Assembly: GCA_024639455.1 (NCBI GenBank)
Contig: JAHEIH010000006.1
Location: 44,411 to 108,410 of the forward strand
Origin: Cellvibrionales bacterium
GTDB taxonomy: Bacteria; Pseudomonadota; Gammaproteobacteria; Pseudomonadales; JAHEIH01
Reading direction: 5' to 3'
DNA: 64,000 bases
Below, one piece after another: positions 57,956-64,000 of the stretch; within the stretch, counting starts at the first letter, position 1, and each line of letters begins with the position of its first letter. The position numbers and the translations under genes were made by a program. The notes beneath the pieces are model-generated. The model searched no databases and was not told where the DNA came from. It worked only from the letters and a program-made list of their open reading frames with translations.

Positions 57956-59152
57956 ATGTTCGAACAGTTACAACCCATTAAAGCAGATGCCATCTTAAGC
58001 CTTTCGGTTGAATACCGCGCTGATAACAACCCTAACAAGATAGACTTGGGTGTGGGTGTGTACAAAACCGAAACCGGAGAAACCCCTGTGTTGGCCGCTG
58101 TAAAACAGGCTGAGGCCTTTTTGCTGCAAAATCAGCCTAGCAAAACTTACTTGGCGCCTACCGGTAATGTGGGTTTTAACCAAAGCATGTTGGAGCTTGT
58201 TTTTGGCAAAGATCACGTGGTGATGACCAATAAACGTGCCCGTGCGGTGCAAGCCCCGGGCGGTACTGGCGCATTGAGTCTGGCTTCTCGCCTTATTGCG
58301 CGCTGTAACAGCAACGCCAACGTTTGGGTAAGCAACCCCACTTGGGCTAACCACATTCCCTTGATTCAGGGCGCGGGTCTTACGATCAAAGAATACACTT
58401 ACTACGATACTGCCGCCAAATCGATTGATTTTGACGGAATGATGGACGATCTTCGCGGTGGTTTGGTCGCCGGCGACGTGGTGTTGGTGCACGGTTGCTG
58501 CCACAACCCCTGTGGCGCTGACCTATCACTAGAGCAGTGGAAGCAACTGACTGACCTGTTGAACGAGAAGGGCGTAACGCCTTTTGTTGATTTGGCTTAC
58601 CAAGGTTTTGGTTCTGGTCTGGAGCAAGACGTAGCGGGTTTACGTTACATGGCGGCCAATGTGAAAGAGATGCTCGTCGCGGCTTCGTGTTCGAAAAACT
58701 TTGGTCTGTACCGCGAACGTGTAGGTGCCACTATGGTGGTAAGCGAAACCGAACAAGCCGCTAGCAATGCGGTAGACAATCTGGGTGTTGTAGCTCGCGC
58801 AATCTGGTCTATGCCCCCCGATCACGGTGCGGCGGTGGTTGAAACCATTCTGGCGTCTGAAGAATTGACCAACGTGTGGCATGGCGAATTGATCGAAATG
58901 TGCGACCGCATCAACGGTCTGCGCTCTTTGGTAGCCAATTCTTTGAAAGAGGCGGGCGTTGCACAATCATTTGATTTCATGAACAACGAAAACGGTATGT
59001 TCTCATTCCTGGGAATTACACCAGAGCAAGTAGCGCAACTGAAGACTGACTTTAGCATCTATATGGTGAGCTCAAGTCGTATCAACGTCGCGGGTCTCAA
59101 CGCCAATAACTTGCCTTATTTCGCCGACGCGATGAAAAAAGTGGTGGGTTAA
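57956..59152 (+). CDS. tyrB: aromatic/aspartate aminotransferase (class I)
   Basis: INLGVGVYK-like block IDLGVGVYK, HGCCHNPCG, and SCSKNFGLYRERVG with the PLP lysine (SxSKNFGLY). Confidence 0.9.
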   Translation: MFEQLQPIKADAILSLSVEYRADNNPNKIDLGVGVYKTETGETPVLAAVKQAEAFLLQNQPSKTYLAPTGNVGFNQSMLELVFGKDHVVMTNKRARAVQAPGGTGALSLASRLIARCNSNANVWVSNPTWANHIPLIQGAGLTIKEYTYYDTAAKSIDFDGMMDDLRGGLVAGDVVLVHGCCHNPCGADLSLEQWKQLTDLLNEKGVTPFVDLAYQGFGSGLEQDVAGLRYMAANVKEMLVAASCSKNFGLYRERVGATMVVSETEQAASNAVDNLGVVARAIWSMPPDHGAAVVETILASEELTNVWHGELIEMCDRINGLRSLVANSLKEAGVAQSFDFMNNENGMFSFLGITPEQVAQLKTDFSIYMVSSSRINVAGLNANNLPYFADAMKKVVG

Positions 59153-59165
59153 TTCTTACGTTTTA

Positions 59166-59192
59166 AAATACCGGGCTTGTCCCGGTTTTTTT
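59166..59192. terminator. bidirectional rho-independent terminator between tyrB and the convergent hypothetical gene
   Basis: aaaat-ACCGGG-cttgt-CCCGGT-ttttttt. Confidence 0.8.
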
Positions 59193-59207
59193 ATGCTCGG
59201 TGGCGGG

Positions 59208-59549
59208 TTAAATAGAAAAGTGTCCGGCTGAGACCGGCCAAGATTCTAGGTGTACCCATTTGATATCCCAGCCCGTGACGTTTTTTAGAGCCTGTGCCGC
59301 GTATTGAAAGATCTCGACGGTATTTTCATCAGGTAAGGTAGTGCAGTCGATTCTAATGCCATGCTCAAACTCAATCTCTGTATATTGGTGTTTGAATTGA
59401 TCGCCTTGTTGAGACCACGCCCCATCCACCGCGTTGAATGTTGCACCAGCAAAGCGTTCAGACAATATCGGCGCTAGTAGTTTTTTTGCGGCCTCATAAT
59501 CCATTTCTGGACAACTAATGATCATTTGATAGTGAATGCGCTCGGTCAT
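59208..59549 (-). CDS. hypothetical cytoplasmic protein (113 aa), no family recognised
   Basis: ORF with its ATG overlapping the stop of the upstream 401-aa gene (ATGA). No TM or signal sequence. Low-GC codon usage relative to the flanks. Confidence 0.6.
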   Translation of the reverse strand: MTERIHYQMIISCPEMDYEAAKKLLAPILSERFAGATFNAVDGAWSQQGDQFKHQYTEIEFEHGIRIDCTTLPDENTVEIFQYAAQALKNVTGWDIKWVHLESWPVSAGHFSI

Positions 59550-60751
59550 TCGTGATTCCTGTAAACAAGCAGTGAGACTGCCATCGCGATTAACATGGCA
59601 CCTCCGAGTAACACATCAGGTGAAATGTCAGCGAGTAATGCCATGATAGGTGAGTTGTCATCGATACTGTGGCTAAAACTTTTGAGATCAAATAAAAGGC
59701 CTATCACGCCGAGCGCACCTAGAAACCCAAGTAGGCCTTGAGTGATCTTGTTTTGCTGTCTCAGCGAATCTTGCTTCAATCGCTGTAAGCGTTGTTGGAC
59801 GAGTTCGGCGAGTTTAACAATACGCTGCTGTTGCTCATCAATCTGCCAGCTGTTTTGAAAATGTTGTAGCATTTCTCGACGTGTTGATTGTGTGCCGTAA
59901 CACGCAGAAGAATAATTGATGTTGATATAATCAAGATGATCGACCAGTGTTTGGTGGCGTTGAATATCACTATCTTTCATTACAATCTGCTGAGAGAAGC
60001 GATTAAACGCATTCAGGCTAGTGTTTAACATGCTCTCATACTGGCTGTAGATCGCTGAGTGGTACTGTGCAAATAGCATGACACGATGAAAATGTTCGCC
60101 AAGGCTGGGATTGATCAGCCAGGAGTTGCCAGAACCAATGCGCAAATAGTCGCTACTGCAGTGGTATTCACCAAGCCATGTCTCTATATCCCAATCAGCC
60201 TGTCCTATATGCGTTCGAGCAGTCCAAAGCACTCTGCCATGTTGCAAAGCGATATTATCCAAGCTTTTCATCACAACATAATCATTTACACCGATAAACG
60301 CCTGCCGGCTTGTCGCTTGGAAAACTGTTTGGCAGACTGATTTGGCGTATACATTGATAATTTCTTCGGTGCGTTTTGAGAGTGCTACATCATTGGGGGA
60401 GTCGTTTGCGATATCCGCAAACACGATGTGCGCCACTGCGCAGCAATCGTCATAGATATACAAATCGGCTTGTTTAATATCGGGTTCGAGACATGCTTCT
60501 ATGAGGCTGATAACGGCAACTGGTTGGAAGAACAGCGGCAGGTTGTCGTGATTTAAGTCGCCATAGCCTAGTGGCCAGTCGATACCGGCAATCGAAATAT
60601 CCGAGCAGTCGTTGAGTATTTCCTGCAGCTCTTGGAGCCTTATAGCGTTATCAGTACAAATCTCGCTACGCCAATTGATGGCTAAGCTGATAGGTGAGTA
60701 GGTATGAATGTTTGTCATACTCGTAATTGGCGTTGTTTGATTTGATGGCAT
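59546..60751 (-). CDS. hypothetical membrane protein (401 aa): ~330-aa soluble domain, Q/R-rich coiled coil, two C-terminal TM helices (CorA-like topology, no GMN motif)
   Basis: Coiled coil QQQRIVKLAELVQQRLQRLKQDSLRQQNK. TM1 ITQGLLGFLGALGVIGLLFDL and TM2 VLLGGAMLIAMAVSLLVY. The start may be Met 1 or Met 12. Confidence 0.6.
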   Translation of the reverse strand: MPSNQTTPITSMTNIHTYSPISLAINWRSEICTDNAIRLQELQEILNDCSDISIAGIDWPLGYGDLNHDNLPLFFQPVAVISLIEACLEPDIKQADLYIYDDCCAVAHIVFADIANDSPNDVALSKRTEEIINVYAKSVCQTVFQATSRQAFIGVNDYVVMKSLDNIALQHGRVLWTARTHIGQADWDIETWLGEYHCSSDYLRIGSGNSWLINPSLGEHFHRVMLFAQYHSAIYSQYESMLNTSLNAFNRFSQQIVMKDSDIQRHQTLVDHLDYININYSSACYGTQSTRREMLQHFQNSWQIDEQQQRIVKLAELVQQRLQRLKQDSLRQQNKITQGLLGFLGALGVIGLLFDLKSFSHSIDDNSPIMALLADISPDVLLGGAMLIAMAVSLLVYRNHE

Positions 60752-60795
60752 GTTGGTGTATGCGGCTCCGTTTGTAAAGCGCCGAGCGGCGAGTT

Positions 60796-62766
60796 TTACT
60801 CTTGCATTTTGACGTCCTGTCCAAAACCAAACGGAAACAACGGCTGTTTGCTGTCGTCGGGTAGTGCAGAGTGTTGCGCTTCTACAGCCGTCATCGAGGA
60901 TGGCAATTCAAAGGGTAGGCGGCCCTCGATGGGTAACGTCCCAAATAAGCTTGCCACAAAGGCTTCATCGCTCACGCCAAAATTACCAATAACGATATCG
61001 GCGCGCTCAATAATCGTGCTTAGGATGGGTGGTCTATCCATGAATACCGAAAAAACGACCGTACTATCCTTTGGCGCACGCTGCAAAATATCGTAGGCTT
61101 CATCGCCTGGTTGGAAGTTTAGGCGACCTTCTTTTTGCAGTTCGCTGAAAAATTGATAGGGGTGGAGGCGTTCGAATGGGGTGCTGGTTCTAATGATAAC
61201 TAATTCGGCACGCTCGATATCATCGACAACATGAAAGCCTGCGTTGGCCAAAACCGCGCTATCCATACCTGCACTGTATACAGTTAGCCCCTGGCTAAGT
61301 GGTAGCGACGCCGCCCCTTGCAAAAGCACTTGGCTACGCGCTTGCGTGCGATAGGCGGTCTCGATAGCCTCTTGGTCCAATGTCACCTGCTCCGCGACGT
61401 AGGGGTTTTCAAAAAGCCCCTGCTGGAATTTGCTTAACAGCGCGCGCTTCACCGACGCATCGATGCGCGATTCGTCAATTGCCCCCCCAAGTACCGCCTC
61501 GATGAGAGGTTGGGTGTCGTTTTCGCCACCAAATTGATCGATCCCAGCGTTAACGCCGCGAATGAAGCGTTCGATCCGCGGAAGATCTTCTACCCCCCAA
61601 GCCATGGAAACGTCTTCTTCACCCTGTTTTTGGTTTGGCTCACGGCACTGTTGGTTGCAGTCCAAGGTGATGTACCAATCGGAGATGATCAGCCCATCAA
61701 AACCCTTTTGTTGCCGCAGTAGGTCTTTCAATAGATACTTGCTGTAACCTGCGCCCACGTCGATGGGTTGGCCGTCGACGGTTAGCTGGTTGAGCACGGC
61801 GTAGGTGGGCATGACAGCGCCTACGTGTTGTTCAAAGGCGCCTTGAAAAGCGGCGATGTGTAGCTCTAAGTTTTGTTCGTCGACTTTAACATGGCGACCA
61901 TAAGAGTTATGTCCGTCATAGCCACGATCAGCCGCGCCGTATCCAACCCAGTGTTTAACCACCGATAATACGCCATCTGAGGTCAATCCCTCGCTTGAAC
62001 CTTGCAGGCCACGCACCACGGCGGCCACTTGTTGCTGGGTAAGGGCGACCTCACTGCTGAAGGCACCTGCTTGGCGTGACCAGCGCGGCTCACTGGCGAG
62101 ATCGGCCTGTGGACCAAGCGCAATATGTATGCCGAGTTTGCGATAGTCGCGAGCAACTGTGGCGGCAAAGTATTCGCTAGTCGCTGGGTCGCGTAGCGCT
62201 GCCAATCCAATCGTTTCAGGCCATTTGGATAGGCCGTAGGCGCTGCTCGACGAACCGACAATGTCCTGAAAGTGGTGGCGTGGATCGGTGCTGATAGAGA
62301 GCGGAATCCCCAAGCGTGTTTTTTCGGCTTCGGCTTGAACAGTGTTGTTTTGAGCGGCCAGTGCATTGGGTTCGCCATTCAGACGCGTCAAATAATACGT
62401 AATATGCTTGCTTAAATCGCCGCGCGTTAAAGCGTCAAGATCGTAACCGTTGTCTGATACCCCCAGTACGCCATCGATCACCGGAAGGGTGGAGTGCATC
62501 ATACTGCCGACCTTTTCTTCCAGTGTCATGCGAGTTACTAAGTCCTGCGCGCGTACTGCCGCCGAAAGGCGCCAGTCTTCGTAGGGGTCGACCACGTCGT
62601 TGTTGTTGAGATCTTTGAAGAGTAAGCCCGCCTGCTTAATGATAGGTTTGTGGCGTTGTTCGAGCATGACTTGCTCGGTATCGCTAACTGGTTCGGCGCA
62701 GCCTGCTAAAAGAGTGATTGAGACCCCAGCGAGCCAGTGGTATGACGAGATTCTGTTACTTGGCAT
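60796..62766 (-). CDS. glycoside hydrolase family 3 beta-glucosidase-like lipoprotein
   Basis: Lipobox LLAGC. GH3 blocks KHWVGYG and GLIISDW (nucleophile Asp), plus a C-terminal alpha/beta sandwich. Confidence 0.82.
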   Translation of the reverse strand: MPSNRISSYHWLAGVSITLLAGCAEPVSDTEQVMLEQRHKPIIKQAGLLFKDLNNNDVVDPYEDWRLSAAVRAQDLVTRMTLEEKVGSMMHSTLPVIDGVLGVSDNGYDLDALTRGDLSKHITYYLTRLNGEPNALAAQNNTVQAEAEKTRLGIPLSISTDPRHHFQDIVGSSSSAYGLSKWPETIGLAALRDPATSEYFAATVARDYRKLGIHIALGPQADLASEPRWSRQAGAFSSEVALTQQQVAAVVRGLQGSSEGLTSDGVLSVVKHWVGYGAADRGYDGHNSYGRHVKVDEQNLELHIAAFQGAFEQHVGAVMPTYAVLNQLTVDGQPIDVGAGYSKYLLKDLLRQQKGFDGLIISDWYITLDCNQQCREPNQKQGEEDVSMAWGVEDLPRIERFIRGVNAGIDQFGGENDTQPLIEAVLGGAIDESRIDASVKRALLSKFQQGLFENPYVAEQVTLDQEAIETAYRTQARSQVLLQGAASLPLSQGLTVYSAGMDSAVLANAGFHVVDDIERAELVIIRTSTPFERLHPYQFFSELQKEGRLNFQPGDEAYDILQRAPKDSTVVFSVFMDRPPILSTIIERADIVIGNFGVSDEAFVASLFGTLPIEGRLPFELPSSMTAVEAQHSALPDDSKQPLFPFGFGQDVKMQE

Positions 62767-62808
62767 AGCGATTTTGCCTCATCTGTGGGTGACTATAAGC
62801 TTCTTTTG

Positions 62809-62912
62809 GTGGGACCTTGGTGTGTTGCCGTGTGGGACCTTCTAGAAGAGCAAGGGAATAGATTTGCATGTTAAAAATCATCCGTTCCCTTGTTCTGCGA
62901 ACAAGGTCCCAC
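62809..62912. repeat. intergenic repeat element: GTGGGACCTT x2 direct plus 1 inverted copy, forming an ~80-nt imperfect hairpin
   Basis: GTGGGACCTT occurs at 62809-62818 and 62832-62841; AAGGTCCCAC at 62903-62912. The inner arms GAGCAAGGGAA / TTCCCTTGTTC pair with one mismatch. Confidence 0.7.
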
Positions 62913-62917
62913 ACGTA

Positions 62918-63685
62918 TTACTTGGCTTGCATCCGAATCGAACCATCCAGGCGAATCACTTCACCATTCAGCATGACGTTCTCAATAATCTGCTGTGCCA
63001 ACTGAGCATATTCCTCGGGGCGACCCAAACGTTTCGGGAAGGGAACCGCGGCGCCCAATGATGCTTGTGCCTCTGGGGGCAGGGCGTCCACCATGGGAGT
63101 CAAAAACATGCCGGGGGCAATGGTCATTACGCGGATGCCAAAGTTGGCAAATTCTCGTGCCAAGGGTAAGGTCATACTCACAATGCCGCCCTTAGACGCC
63201 GAATAAGCGGCTTGTCCAATCTGACCGTCAAATGCTGCGACAGAGGCGGTGTTGATGATCACGCCTCGCTCATCAGATTCGCCTGGGGCGTTGTGCTGCA
63301 TTTTTTCTGCCGTCAGGCGGATAATGTTGAAGGTACCCACCAGGTTGACGTTAATGATGCGGCTATACATCTCTAAATCGTGGGCGCCATGGCGACCAAC
63401 CACACGACTCGCGCCGGGAATGCCGGCGCAGTTGATCAGCCCCTTGATCTCACCAAAGGAGGCAACTGCCTTGTTCAAACACGCTTGCACAGAATCGGTG
63501 CTAGTGATGTCGGTGTGGGCAAAAATGACATTGCCGCCAAGCTCCGCGGTCAGTTCTTCACCTTTGGTAACATTGACGTCGGCGATGGTGACCTTACCCC
63601 CAGCGGCTACCAAACGTCGAGTGACGGCAGCGCCCAAACCCGAGCTACCGCCGGTGACAACAAAGTGATGGTTTTGAATGTCCAT
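62918..63685 (-). CDS. short-chain dehydrogenase, 3-hydroxyacyl-CoA dehydrogenase type (HSD17B10-like)
   Basis: TGGSSGLG cofactor motif and the catalytic YSASKGG. The 255-aa size and context next to a crotonase fit. Confidence 0.8.
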   Translation of the reverse strand: MDIQNHHFVVTGGSSGLGAAVTRRLVAAGGKVTIADVNVTKGEELTAELGGNVIFAHTDITSTDSVQACLNKAVASFGEIKGLINCAGIPGASRVVGRHGAHDLEMYSRIINVNLVGTFNIIRLTAEKMQHNAPGESDERGVIINTASVAAFDGQIGQAAYSASKGGIVSMTLPLAREFANFGIRVMTIAPGMFLTPMVDALPPEAQASLGAAVPFPKRLGRPEEYAQLAQQIIENVMLNGEVIRLDGSIRMQAK

Positions 63686-63695
63686 ACGCGACGCC

Positions 63696-64000
63696 TTATT
63701 TCTTCTTGCGGTTCAGGAAGTGATCCAAGCGCGCCTGTACTTCGGGGCTTGTTTGGGTAATGCCGCAAATCAGTGACTCAGTATACAGACCTTCTTCGGC
63801 AGACATGTTGTCGATGCGGGTAATACCCGTGGTCATGGCCCAGTTAGAGTAGGGCGAGTTGGTGGCGATGGTCTTGGCCAGTTCAAAGGCCTTATTTAAT
63901 GATTCGCCCTTCGGCACCACGTAGTGAGACATGCCGTAGCTTTCGCCTTCGTGGGCGGTCAATTTGCGGCCGGTTAACATCATTTCGGTCATGCGGCTGG
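63696..64000 (-). CDS. enoyl-CoA hydratase/isomerase (crotonase) family protein, N-terminus beyond the window end
   Basis: The C-terminal crotonase region ...MMLTGRKLTAHEGESYGM...; the frame stays open to base 64000. Confidence 0.7.
   Translation of the reverse strand, partial: SRMTEMMLTGRKLTAHEGESYGMSHYVVPKGESLNKAFELAKTIATNSPYSNWAMTTGITRIDNMSAEEGLYTESLICGITQTSPEVQARLDHFLNRKKK

Overview
This 64-kb segment reads as core chromosome of a gammaproteobacterium. The marine Cellvibrionales/Pseudomonadales-like flavour is my inference from synteny and protein resemblance; no search was run. I call about 55 protein genes on both strands, one tRNA-Ser(GGA) and the SRP (4.5S) RNA. I saw no rRNA, CRISPR array, transposase or integrase.

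Recognisable blocks, in order:
- LacI-family regulator (partial); ybfF; divergent tesA / ybbA-ybbP; ggt; Na/Pi symporter; pepQ.
- A three-gene signalling operon: Tat-exported PotD-like binding protein, 1109-aa hybrid histidine kinase, REC-GGDEF.
- An HExxH lipoprotein, ppnN, and a gapdh-arsJ arsenate module.
- A decayed sensor/HD-GYP remnant.
- yacG, tRNA-Ser, ffs, mscS, dnaX-ybaB-recR-rnd-ycgL-ycgN.
- A 1097-aa protein (periplasmic VWA, one TM helix, hyper-acidic tail), followed by a MoxR/CoxD-like AAA+ ATPase and a CoxE-like VWA protein.
- can; pdxH plus two hotdog thioesterases; yjaG; yajC; cysB; thrH; pabB.
- A full propionyl-CoA to succinyl-CoA cluster: carboxyltransferase, an unusually long 946-aa biotin carboxylase-BCCP, epimerase, B12 mutase, MeaB.
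- yaiI, prc, tyrB, a GH3 lipoprotein, SDR and crotonase genes.

Best candidates for something undescribed:
1. A low-GC, translationally coupled two-gene cassette at 59208-60751. It encodes a 401-aa protein with CorA-like topology (soluble domain, coiled coil, two C-terminal TM helices, no GMN motif) and a 113-aa partner. I recognise neither.
2. The VWA/TM/hyper-acidic repeat protein at 32077-35370, with the adjacent MoxR-VWA pair.
3. The binding-protein / hybrid-kinase / diguanylate-cyclase operon at 11629-17122, with a sharp GC step inside it.

The dnaX -1 frameshift cassette can be read completely from the sequence, but it is textbook biology. All function calls rest on motif reading and remembered family resemblance; no database search was possible.
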